This document shows positions 26,459 to 38,029 of a stretch of DNA of 64,000 bases, in pieces. The stretch covers positions 18,662,001-18,726,000 of the forward strand of contig JAGIQG010000013.1 in NCBI GenBank assembly GCA_024679065.1, written 5' to 3'. The first letter of the stretch is position 1, and every line of letters starts with the position of its first letter. The position numbers and the translations under genes were made by a program. The notes under the pieces were generated by a model. It was given only the letters and a program-made list of their open reading frames with translations, was not told the DNA's origin and did no database searches. Source of the DNA: Sphyrna mokarran (lineage: Eukaryota).

Positions 26459-26689
26459 CAGCAACATCATTGACTCTGAAAGGCCTTCTGAAATGGACGG
26501 CAATTAGAGGTGGACAATAAATACTGGCCCGGCCAATAGATGCTAGCCCAGCCAGTGATGCTCATGTCTCATAACAATGAATATTAAATTTCTAATCAGG
26601 TTGCCTGACATTTAGATATTTGTACTAGTTGCATTTTCTTAAGGAGATTCAAGATTAATAAGAATATTTATATCCTTAACCAGCCTATT

Positions 26690-26910
26690 CTTGGTTCTGT
26701 CTACACTTTGTGCTATCTCAGGAAAGCAACCAGCGTAATTAAGAACGCCACGCACCCTGGACATTCTCTCTTCCACCTCCTTCAGAAAAAAAGTCTGAGG
26801 TCATGTACCAACCAACTCAAGAACAACTTCTTTCCTCCTGTTGTCAGACTTTTGAATGGACTTACCTTGCACTAAGCTGATCTTTCTTTACACCTTAGCT
26901 ATGACTAAGA
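26690..26910 (+). mobile_element. Rex1/Babar 3' fragment
   Basis: ggaaagcaaccagcgtaattaag...caactcaagaacaacttc, matching the 3' end of 16042-20447. Confidence 0.7.
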
Positions 26911-27179
26911 CAATGATAAATCAAATTTCATATACTTTGCCAAAGAGGTTTTCAGCAATGTAACAGCGTACCTCTTAGCTAAATCCTGCAAGTTGACATT
27001 TGGTCTTAGTTTAGTGTAGCACTTTTAGATTCAAGTCCCACTGCAGGATGTGAGCATGAAATCTAGACATTGCAGATTTTTTTGGATGAAGCATTGAACT
27101 GAGAATCTGACTATCTTCTTCGGTGAAGTGTATGAATGGGGTTAAAGAAAAACTCCATTTGTAGATGTCTCAACTTTAT

Positions 27180-27885
27180 CCTGTCTCAACATGGATATGG
27201 ATGTAAATTGAGGGAGGTTGATACTCCTTGGTGTCCTTGTGCATCTGTGGCTGAAAGTAAACCTGCACGTACAGCAGACAGTAAAGAAGGCAAATGCTAA
27301 GTTGGTCATCATAGCGAGAGGATTTGAGTAAAGGAATAGGGATGTTTTACTGCAACAAAAACAGAAAGTTCAGGAAAATCTCAGCACATCTGACAGCATC
27401 TGTAGGGAGAGAAGAGCTAATGTTTTGAGTATGGATAACCCTTCAGTGAGGCCACACCTGGAGTATTGTGTGCAGTTTTGGTATTCTTATCTAAGGAAAA
27501 ATGTTCTTGCTATAGAGGGAATACAGTAAAGGTTTAACAGGCTGATTCCTGGGATGGCTGGTCTATCATATGAGGAGAGACTAAATTGTTTAGGATTATA
27601 TCCACTGGAGTTTAGAATGAGAGGAGAGCTCACAGAAACTTATAAAATTCTAACAGGATTAGACAGGATAGATTCAGAAACATTGTTCCCAATGGTGGGG
27701 GAGTCCAGGACTAGGGATCATAGTTTGAGGATTAGAAATAAGGGTAGAAGAAATTTGATCTAGCTGTTGGGGTTAAAGGGATAAAGGGATATGAAGAAGG
27801 ATCAGGATATTAAATTCAATGATCAGTCATAATCAAAATGAATGGCAAGCAGGCTTGAAGGCTTACTGCTGCTTCTATGTTTCTA
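27180..27885 (+). mobile_element. CR1 3' fragment with nested Penelope-like piece (27355-27445)
   Basis: MAGLSYEERLNCLGLYPLEFR. Confidence 0.85.
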
Positions 27886-29229
27886 GGTACAGTGCAGTAT
27901 GTTGCCAATTTTCCTTTATATATACAGATAGCACTTCGCACTTTTGTCCAACTCAATTTAAGTGAAATTTGGTTTCCTTTGCAAATTTGACTATTTTGCT
28001 TCGAGTTTCTGAATCCATTTCATTAAAGACCATAGCAATCTCTAACAATTCTTTGGCATATTCTCTCAGTATATGGATGCACACTCCACTAATAAGCATT
28101 TGTTTTTCAGCCAATATTGACATTAATTCATAAAACATACACTGAATCTTCCATTGAATCTTCAATTGTACGCAGATTATTCAGAATGCTTTACAATTTT
28201 AATTTACTAAAAATGACAGTATAAAAGTTTCAAAATAGCAACTCTTGGATTGAAAAATTACTTTTATGACATCATGATTGACCATTACATTACCAGTGAA
28301 TTTATAAGAAAAATGAAAAGATCTCTATTAAATTCACTGAAAATGGCCTAAGTATTTATTTATGCTACATTAAGTGCTTAGGAAACTAATTTTAACTCAA
28401 GAAGTACATATCAAAATACAGTACTTTATATAATTTAATGTTTATTTAAATAATCTGCAGTTGTTAACTTTTACTTCAGAATACATATTCAGTATATAAG
28501 AGAACATAATCAATTAGCATTATCATTTTGTTAGCAAATCTACAAATAGTACATCGCCCTGTCAGCAATATTGTTAATGCCTCCTATTAGAAGAAGCAAT
28601 CTTTTCAAAATCTGCACCAGATCTAACCTTTAAATAAAATTGGAGGTTATTTCTGTTCAGTTAAAGGCAAAAAACACAAGTTATCAGATTGCAATGCACA
28701 TTAACCACAATCTTCAGAACATCTTTAAGTTACGTGCTGATACTCCACTAATCTTTGATTATGATCCCTCAGTTGTTGAAGCTCTCCATCAAACTTTGAT
28801 TTAAAAATATCTTATTTTTGATTTTGCATCATGTTGGTGACTATTTCAAAAAGAAATTTCCACATTTGCTAGCCTGCAAATTTCTGCTCATTAATTTGAA
28901 TGAAAGAGAAGTCACAGACAGACTGCTGAATGAAGGAGAATTCCTACCCAAAAACATATTTTCAAATGCAATTTGAGGTAACTGGTTGCAACTTAATTTT
29001 TGCTCATATGTAGCTATCTGGTTGAATAGACATCTTGTTACATATCAAGACTTTAAACTTAAATACCAGATCAGAATTTGACATTTATCAGTTTCTTCCA
29101 TTTGCTGCAATCTGTATTAATCAGGTGCAGGAATGTTTTTCCTGATTTGTAACAGCATTCAGTCGCAAGAATGGCAAGACAAAGCAAATGTATTTATATA
29201 AATGCTATTTAAGATAAAATAATTAGCAT

Positions 29230-29750
29230 GTCAACAATAATTGCATATATTTACATAGCAACTTTATTATGATGAGAGTTCCCAAGGCACTTCATGGGGT
29301 TATAAAACAAAATATGACAGTGCTACATCAGATAATAGAACAAATGACCAAAGGTTTGATCAAAGGGAGTTATTAATGAGTGTCTTAAAAGAGAGGGTGA
29401 TGGAGGAAACTTCAGATCTTAAAAGCTGAAAGATGAACGTTCACCTGCATTCAAGCGATTTAAAGTAGAGTGCTTAAGAGGCTAGAATTAGAGGAGCGCA
29501 GATTGAAGGACTGCAATGTTGTAGGAAATGACAGAGGTAGGGAATCCATGGATTTGAGCTCAAACATGAGAATTTTAAAACTCAGGCACTGCTTAACTAA
29601 TAGGTAGTGTAGATCAACAAACATTGGAGTGAAGAATAATTAGGCTTTGGTGTGGATCAGGGCACGGACTGCAGGGTTTTGGTTAACCTTGAGTTTAAAG
29701 TGGGAAGGACCTGAGAGGCTGGCCAGGAGTGCCTTAAGATACAAGAGTTT
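29230..29750 (-). mobile_element. L2-like LINE 3' remnant
   Basis: atttacatagc...cccaaggcacttca...atgaccaaaggtttgatcaaag resembles L2 3' ends; very degraded. Confidence 0.5.
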
Positions 29751-29789
29751 TGAACCACATTACTTTTTTAATGATTTACTTTGCCTTTT

Positions 29790-30069
29790 CTCGGCCTTTT
29801 GGCTAAGATCAAGTGAAGTATGCTGTGCTTGCTTGAAGTCATTTGATTACATTTCAGCTTCATTTGAAGCAATCTTTAAAAGCAACATCTCAGCCTTTTG
29901 GCTAAGATGCAAATAAGATCAAGCCTTGGAGAAGGAGCGATGCCTACTCCAATCAGTTTGGATCATGTAGGTCAAGCCCAAGACAGAACGTGAGAGCCCT
30001 GTCTTGTCAACTTGTTGAGACTCTGAATTGGACTTCGTTGGATTGAATTGGAATAAAAACAAAGAAAAT
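29790..30069 (+). mobile_element. U2-snRNA-headed retroposon (SINEU-like) with A-rich tail and 11-bp TSD
   Basis: 29788-29821 matches U2 nt 6-39 at 33/34; second U2-like tract at 29888-29908; tail aataaaaacaaagaaaa; ctttgcctttt repeated at 29779-29789 and 30070-30080. Confidence 0.75.
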
Positions 30070-30664
30070 CTTTGCCTTTTTAGGCTTATTTTTAAACCAA
30101 CAGCATTAGCAAATAGTGTAGCTATAGCAGATGACTCAAACTGTAAAATGACTGGATTTCAAACCTTCAAACAATTTGATAATTCCACATTCCAAACATC
30201 AATTCTTATTTAATCATGTTGTCACATTTACCATCCTGCTTTTTCTGTATGAATTGTCCAATTCAAATGGATGTATACAGGCAGCAATGATGCAATTCTA
30301 CCATGTGTCTTCAATGAGGAATAACATGGAGATCTCTGACATCTGAATGCACTTGAACATTCAGACTGGTTAGAACCTCTTTAACTGCAAAAGCAATAAG
30401 TGAATTATGGAAAATATGAATATTGAGGCATGCTTATTTTTCACTGCTCATGAATTCAAAATGGAGTTTCTCATCTGGGCTTTTTTTTGAAATGATAGAA
30501 AATTAAAACTAAAAGTAGTTTGTTCTTCCCAATTTCTTGTATAAATGGTGCACAAACCAACTTTCAATGCAAACTATTTCACAATAAACGGGGATACATT
30601 TCTCCAGATGTTGTATTCCTTCAAGATAAATCTTATCAACACTGATACCAGCATAAGCTAAGAG

Positions 30665-30970
30665 TCATTTTGTATTGTCAAATGCTGTTGCTGTATCATT
30701 TATGGACAATGTGCTTTGAGATGTATTTATCCTGCCATAAAAAATAACTGAATCATCATGATTAGTTTCCTCTCTTCCACCTTCATTGAAAGAAAGCTGC
30801 TCGCTGTTCAGATAAAGGCTGGGTCTTGAGGTCAATGCATGTGTGTTCAGTGACATATTATCTTCCTCTAGTATATCCTTATTTGGCTTTTGTTTTTCCA
30901 TCTTTCTGAACTTCTTTTTTTCCACTGAAAGATCTAGAGATGCATAACACATCTGATTTTCAATTACCAC
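30665..30970 (-). CDS. TRAT1: TRAT1 (TRIM) exon 6, last coding exon
   Basis: NQMCYASLDLSVEKKKFRK and EETNHDDSVIFYGRI match human TQMCYASLDHSVKGKRRK and EENIHDDPIRLFGLI as recalled; ttcatag acceptor, phase 0, TGA stop. Confidence 0.92.
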   Translation of the reverse strand: MVIENQMCYASLDLSVEKKKFRKMEKQKPNKDILEEDNMSLNTHALTSRPSLYLNSEQLSFNEGGREETNHDDSVIFYGRINTSQSTLSINDTATAFDNTK

Positions 30971-31599
30971 CTATGAACGAACACAGCAGCATATTAGAAT
31001 GTGGAGATTATTTCATGTTTAAAGTACACTTAAAAGATTTTAGGTGACAGTGCCCAGTAGCAGAGCCTTCCACTCTATTCTCAAGTCAGCAGATAGCAGT
31101 TCACAAGTTTTTAGGTCAGTGCCAAATAAGATATAAACTGAGCTTGTGTAGGAAGTAAAAAAGTGATGTGGGGAAATTCCACTGAGAATATGTTGCCATT
31201 GGTCAAAAGCGACAATTGAAGGACAATATCAGAAAACATTTGTAATAAAACTACCATTTTGCGGCTAAAGTACTAACAACATCCATCACAGATTTAGTCC
31301 AGCTACTTCAGTCTTAGTTACCACATCATAATTTCTGCCCTGTTTCAATGTTCACTTCAGTTACTCTTTTTAAAAAAAATCTCCCTACCTCCCTACTGGA
31401 AAGGCTATTTTTTTTTCACATTGTTTACAATTGTGGGGGTCTTCACCTGCTCCCCTTGTATATCGGAGAATTGTGAACGTGCTACCTAGGAACAGAAACT
31501 ACCTTAAGCAGATACCTTTAATAGTGCTGAGGCAGAAGCGGGTAATGAGCAGATCTTGTACTTTTCTGTTGATTTTCTCCCTAAAATTGTCAGCAATTT

Positions 31600-32360
31600 A
31601 CTCTTGCTTTTATGTGTTTAGTCATTTCTAAATCTTTCCTTCTGCAACCCCCACCTCCTAAATTCCCTGACTCCCCTCAACAATGCAAACCTCCAAGTCA
31701 CAGATCGTTCTTCAGCCAATTCGATTCACTCTACTTGATGTCAAGAAATGACTGAAGGCACTGGTTATTATCAAGGCTATGGGGCGTGACAGCATTCCAA
31801 CAAAAGTACTGAAGACTTGTGCTCCAGAACAATTTGCATCCTTAGCCAAGTACTGTAATTTCTCTGACAATGTGGAAAATTGTCCAGCTATGTCTTGTCC
31901 ACAAAAAGTAGGACAAATCCAACCTAGCTAATTAGTGCAACATCAGACTATCTGTGATCACAGTGATGGAAAATGTTATTGATAGTGTTATCAAGTGGCA
32001 TGTACTCAGTAATAACCTGCTCACTGACACTCAGTTTGGTTTCAGCTGCTTATCTTACAGCCTTATGGAAAAAAGAGGTGATAGCCTTGACATCAAGGCA
32101 GCATTTGAATGTGTATGGCGGCTTAGCAAAACTGGAGCCAATGGGGATCGGGAAAAACACCCCACTAGTTAGAAATAGGAATGTTCGCTAATGATTGCAA
32201 AATGGCCAGCATTATTCGTGATTCCTCAGATACTAAGGCTATCTATTCTATATGCAACAAGACCCAGACAACATTCAGGCTGGGCTGATGAGTGGCACGT
32301 AACATTCTTGTGACGCAAGTTCCAGTTAATGACCATCACTAAAAAAAGAGAATTCAAAAA
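31600..32360 (+). mobile_element. CR1/L2-group LINE (family 2) remnant in a TRAT1 intron
   Basis: NNLLTDTQFGF and LDIKAAFECVW RT motifs. Confidence 0.7.
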
Positions 32361-32494
32361 ACTCTTGCAATGTGGCATGAAGGATTATGCATGCTGAATT
32401 AACTTCATAAAGTTACAATGTCCTGTCTAACTTAACATTGCATTTGTTAATTAAGATATGAATTACTAATGGATTATCTCCTTGACAGAAATAC

Positions 32495-32556
32495 CTTGGT
32501 TTCATCTCTGTATCTATTAGCTGGCGTCATGGCTTCATAACAGCACTCATCCTGAA
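32495..32556 (-). CDS. TRAT1: TRAT1 exon 5 (VQDECCYEAMTPANRYRDETK), phase 1 to 0
   Basis: Matches human DENCYEQM (YxxM); tttttaaag acceptor, aag|gtattt donor, 62 nt. Confidence 0.9.
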
Positions 32557-33491
32557 CTTTAAAAACAAAAAGATTGCACTTGTTGATTATTTTCTAGAGC
32601 AAAACATTTTTCACAATGATCCTTCTGTTATTAAGACTAGTTATTAAGGTTTCCCTTTTGATTTTTGAAATGTATAACTATACCACCGTTATTGTACCAC
32701 CAACTTGTACAGTTTTGTATTATATGGGATTTTACCAGAAAAGCTGGCTGCGGGGGGTGGAAGAGGGCAGTTGCGTCAGTTCAGGATTGGGACAGTGGAG
32801 GAATTGCACGTTACATGGGGGTGAGGGAGGTGGTGAACAGGGTCGTCAGCTGAAAATCAGGTCTGGCTGTGGGGAATGGGGGAGGTGGTGGAAGTTCCGT
32901 AAGGAGGGGAATGATCCTGTAGAGGTGGAAGGTTCCAATAGGAATTGGGTGCTCCATTGGTGAGCAGGTGAAGTAGGGTTGGATATCCTATGGAGAAGGA
33001 CAGGAGTCCTCTGGGTGTTCAGGCGTAGATGAATGGCAGGGGTCCTGTGGGGGATTGGTGCTGCATTATACAATTGTTATCCAGAAGCTAGCAGAGGTTT
33101 TAATTCTTCTAACTTTTTCTGGATAACTTGATTGGAACAGTCGCAACAACCAGGAGTTTGCGATTTAAATTACTTCTTCGGATGATTCCCAATTTGAACC
33201 TTCTGGGCAATTTCAGTGCAATCTTTCCTGGAGGCCGGAAGTTACAGCCCATTGTCATTTGTTTATTAGGTTAAAATCTTTTGATGTATAATTTCAAATT
33301 TCTTGATGCACTTGGATGATTTAACATCCTTTTAAAATTTTAACAAGTTGTTGACCTGTCCGAACTGTGTGGAGGTGAGATATCTTAATATTATTGTTTG
33401 TCTGATTACATCACTCTCAGTAATTCCAGCCTTTAATTATCTCCAATTTGATCAATCATTTTACTGGATACATTAAGACTGGGAAGCATAC

Positions 33492-33553
33492 CTGTGTTAT
33501 CCTGGTTGAGATTGCCATAAATTGGATTGTCATCCACCTCCTGAATTGCAGGA
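33492..33553 (-). CDS. TRAT1: TRAT1 exon 4 (SPAIQEVDDNPIYGNLNQDNT), phase 2 to 1
   Basis: Matches human EDTPIYGNL; cattag acceptor, cag|gtatgc donor, 62 nt. Confidence 0.9.
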
Positions 33554-34269
33554 CTAATGCATAAAAACAAGACAATTACATTAAATAAAGAATTAAACTA
33601 TTAGTGCAATATTTCTGTTTTACTGATCCTTTATTGAAATAGTTTTAAGTGAGTGTCTTGGGCTCAACTTCTAATATGTAAAGATACACTGATTGTAATT
33701 GTCCGCTTGTAAATGAGGCTGGTTAAAAGTTTAAAGTTTATTTATTAGTTATAAGTAAGACCGACATTAATACTGCAATGAAGTTACTGTGAAATTCCCC
33801 TGATTGCCACAGTCCGGTGCCTGTTTGGGTCATTGCAGCTAACCAGCACCCCTTTCAGAACTCGTTAACGCACTATGTAAGCTGCTGTGCCATTCCATAT
33901 GATCTTCCACCTCTCTTCATTAGCCCCTTTCATTCTCGAGTACCCCATAAGAATCCATTGAGCTGTCTTGAATACATTATTTATAGCTATATTATGTATG
34001 AATATATGGTAACATAGTAACTGATTCAGGCATGTTTGATCCAGCTAATCCATCTATCTAAATATTCCATTTGAGCATTTCTAATTGAGTTGTGTTTGCT
34101 GATGAGAATGTGTCTAATTCCTTTTTGAAATCCATTACATTTGCTTGTTATACCACCCATGCCAGTAACCTGTTCCACATACTTATCACCCTTTAGTTAG
34201 AAAATGCAGAAGGAGCTTATTTTTATATTCTCCAGTTGCTTTTAATTTTTTTATATGACTTTTTGAGCA

Positions 34270-35665
34270 TTCATTCCTTCTTATTAAAGGGCAATCATGT
34301 CTAACCTACTTGATTGCATTTTTCAAAGAAGTAAAAAGTTGAAAGTTTATTTATTAATAAGTAAGGCTTACATTAACAGTGTAATGAAATTCCCCTAGTT
34401 GCCACACTCCAGCACCTGATCAGGTCAATGCACCTAACCAGACTGTGGGAGAAACCAGAGTAAACCCATGCAGACAATGTGCAAACTCCACACAGACAGT
34501 AATCCAAGCTGGGAATCAAATCTAGGTCACTGGCACAGTGAGATAGCAGTGCTAACCATTATGCAACCATGCCGTCCATGGTGTGTAGATAAAAGCAATG
34601 TATAATTGGACGAGAGCAAGACTTTTGATAAGGTTGCACATGGGAGACTGATGGTGAAAGTAAAGAACCCATGGGGATCAGAGAAATTTGGCTAATTAGA
34701 TCCATATTTGGCTGAGTGGCAGAGTGGCAGAAAGCAGAGGATAATGGTCAAGGGGTGTTTTTCTGACTGGAAGACGGTATCCAGTGGAATCACATAGGGA
34801 GGCCCTTGCTGTTTGTGATTCACATAAATGACTTAGGCTCAAATGTAGGAGGATAGCCTTAGATTATAGAAGAAAATAGACTGGCTGGTCAGATCGGCTG
34901 ATCAACGCCAAATGGAATTCAATCCAGTTAATTGTGAGGTGATGCACTTGGAAAGGACAAACAAGGCGAGGGAATACAGGATCCTCAAAAACATCAAGGA
35001 TCAGAGGGACCCTGGTGTGCATATACACTGATCCTTTAAGATAGCAGGACAGGTGGATAAAGTGGTTAAGAAGACATATGATTACTTGCCTTTATTAGCC
35101 AAGGTGTAGAGTTTTAGAGCTGGGGAGATTATGCTGGAACTATATAAAAGGCGACAACTAGATATATTACATAGTTCTGGAATCCACTTTATGGTAGGGA
35201 TGTGATACTGCTGGAAAAGTGCACAGGAGATTTACCAGGATGTTTTCTGGGCTGGAGAATTTTAATTATGAAGAGAGATTGGATAGCCTAGGGTTGTTTG
35301 CTTTGGAGCAGAGGAGCATGGATAGAATAAACAGGATTAAACTTTTCTCCTTGGCAGAGGGATGACTGACTAGGGGCTTAGATTTCAGGTAAGGGACAGA
35401 AGGTTTAGAGGGGACGTGAAGAAAATCATTTTCACCAAAGAGTGATAGGAGTTTGGAATTCACTGCTTGAAAAGGTGATGAAGGCAGAAACCCTCATAAT
35501 ATTTAAGAATTGTTTAGATGTGTACTGGCAATGAGAAGGGATATAAGGCTATAGGCCAAGTGCTGGGAAATGAGATTAGAATAGTTAAGTGGTTTGTCTT
35601 TGGCTAGCACATGTGCTGTGGGCTGAAGAGCATTTTCCAGTGCTGTATACCTCTGTGTGATTATG
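34270..35665 (+). mobile_element. Degraded CR1 with nested V-SINE (34335-34575, minus)
   Basis: tttgataaggttgcacatgggagactg, atggaattcaatcc and tatgaagagagattggatag CR1 motifs. Confidence 0.8.
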
Positions 35666-35782
35666 ACCTAATTTAGGATGCTTTTGGAAACTGGTGTCAG
35701 AAGGTGCAGAACAGAACCCACACTGCTTCCCTTCAAATGGGTGGATGTGGCCCAAACGTGAGTTTTACTCATTTTATTTCTC

Positions 35783-36082
35783 CTGGCGGTTCAGTGGGTT
35801 AGCACTGCTGCCTCACAGCGCCAGGGACCCAGGTTCGATTCCAGCCTTGGGTGATTGTGTGGAGTCTGCACATTCTCTCCATGTCTGTGTGAGTTGCCTC
35901 CAGATGCTTTGGTTTCCTCCCACAGTCAAAAGATGTGTGGATTAGGTTAATTGGCTGTGATAAATTCATGGGTTTTTGGGGTTAAGACAGGGGAGGATGG
36001 ACCTGGGTAAGATGCTCTTTCGGAGAGTCAGTACAAACTACATGGGCTGAATGGCCTCCTTCTGCATTGTAGGGATTCTATG
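35783..36082 (+). mobile_element. V-SINE, tail type B
   Basis: tRNA head, V-domain, tail gaatggcctccttctgcattgtagggattctat. Confidence 0.85.
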
Positions 36083-36464
36083 TCTTCACAACAAGTTGCT
36101 GGCCATAATACTTCAACCTCCTGATGCAGCTGATAATCTTTTTTTAGAACATATCTGTAATATGCATTATCTCCATCCAATATCTGAAATATTTAGAAAT
36201 GCCAACATTGCAATTCACTGCTAGGAAACAGAGCTTTGAAGACTTCAGGGATAAAGCTTCAGTTAAATAATCAATCCTACAATGCGAATTGAGTAATTTC
36301 AGTAAATAAGTGAATTGGCATAAAGTTTTCTTCATTTAGTGGATTAGATCATTTGTTTGTAATGGCCATCGTTATTGATGCAATTAAGTTTCAACAGTAA
36401 CATTTAGCAAACATTTTAAATAAATCAATTACAAAATGATTAAACTTATACCTAAGTATTTAGA

Positions 36465-36830
36465 GCAAAAACTACAAATGGTTGTCAGCGTAGCCCCGTC
36501 CACAATGCAAATCAGCCTCCCATCCACTGACTCTGTCTACACTTCCTGCTATCTTGGAAAAGCAGCCAGCATAATTAAGGAGCCCACACACCCCAGATAT
36601 TCCCTCTTTCATCTTCTTCCATTAGGAAAAAGATACAAAAGTCGGAGGTCATGTAGCAACCAACTCAAGAACAGCTTTTTTCCAGTTGCCATCAGACTTT
36701 TAAATGGACCTGCCTTGCACTAATTGATTTTTCTCAACACCCTAGCTATGACTATAGCATTACATTGTGCACTCTCTTCTTTTGCTCTCTTTGTGTAGTA
36801 TGCTTTGTCCGTATAGTGCATAAGAAACAT
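36465..36830 (+). mobile_element. Rex1/Babar 3' fragment
   Basis: KAASIIKEPTHPRYSLFHLLPLGKRYKS...LKNSFFPVAIRLLN. Confidence 0.85.
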
Positions 36831-36999
36831 TGGGGGCAATTCTCCTAGAACATCACCCTGCTTTTGTAGTGCAGCAGGATGGGAGACTCTAGTGGAGGCT
36901 GTTTTGCAGGCTTCTGCTGGGCGCTACAGCCTTCGTGAGTCTCCAGCAACTGGATTTCCAGTGTCACCAGCCACAAGCAAGAAATTGGTGTGTAGCTGA

Positions 37000-37297
37000 T
37001 GGCAACACAGCGGTTAGCACTGCTGCCTCACAGCACCAGGGACCCGGGTTCAATTCTCGGCTTGGGTCACTGTCTGTGTGGGGCTTACATGTTCTCCCCG
37101 AGTCTTCATGGGTTTCCTCCTGGTGCTCTGGTTTCCTCACACAGTCCAAAAGATGGGTTGATTGGCCATGTTAAATTCTCCCTCAGTGTACCCGAACAGG
37201 CACTGGAGTGGGGCATCCAGGGGATTTTCACAGTAACTTCATTGCCATGTTACTGTAAACCTAATTGTGACACTAATAAATAAACTAAAAAACTAAA
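37000..37297 (+). mobile_element. V-SINE, tail type A
   Basis: tRNA head, V-domain, tail gtgacactaataaataaact. Confidence 0.85.
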
Positions 37298-37559
37298 TTA
37301 TGTCAGCCACATACTGGTATATGCATAATGATGTTTTTAAATTCCAGTGAAAACCTCGTGTGAAAAATCAAATGGCAAAAATAGGACCATTGGTCAAATA
37401 CTGTAATCAAGGGACATAATACTTATTTTAGATTCCTGTACAAATGTGATTCCTTGGGCTCACAGACCAACGCAAATATCTTCGAGAAATACACATTCAC
37501 AATAAGAAAAGTTAGTTTCAAGTCCAGGCAAACTGGAATATTAATTGAGATTTCCATAC

Positions 37560-37599
37560 CTCTGCAATTCTTTGACACTGTGGTATATTGGTCTAGGAG
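37560..37599 (-). CDS. TRAT1: TRAT1 exon 3 (APRPIYHSVKELQS), phase 1 to 2
   Basis: ctttctctgatttgcag acceptor, ag|gtatgg donor; 40 nt gives exactly the phase change needed between exons 2 and 4. Confidence 0.75.
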
Positions 37600-38029
37600 C
37601 TGCAAATCAGAGAAAGTTTGGTTCATTTTTACAAGTCAAACAAATATGGTTTTTAATAACAGACAAATTGCTGGATCATATCTGAGTGATAATTGAAACG
37701 GAATCTTTCTCTTTGGTGAACTTTTAATGGCCCAAGTCTTTGTATTGTTTTAGCCAATAAGACAGCAAATTATACTCATAATTCAACTGAACCTTTTAGC
37801 TAAGACTGCTATTCCACAATTTCTAATTAAGCTAAAGGGTAAGAAATCTATTGTATTTTTAGAATTCTAATTTGTTAGAATTAGAATTAACCAACTAATA
37901 CATATGGTCTTTCAAAGAATGCAACACTAGGATAGAAACATTGAAATATAGAAAATCTACAGCACAATACAGTCCCTTCGACCCACAAAGTTATGCCAAA
38001 CCTGTCCCTACTTTCGTGACAAGGTAGTG

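Noticed and set aside
29788-29830. Functional U2 snRNA gene
   Set aside because: Only the 5' ~40 nt are present, with no Sm site or 3' stems and a mutated branch-pairing sequence; it is part of a TSD-flanked insertion.
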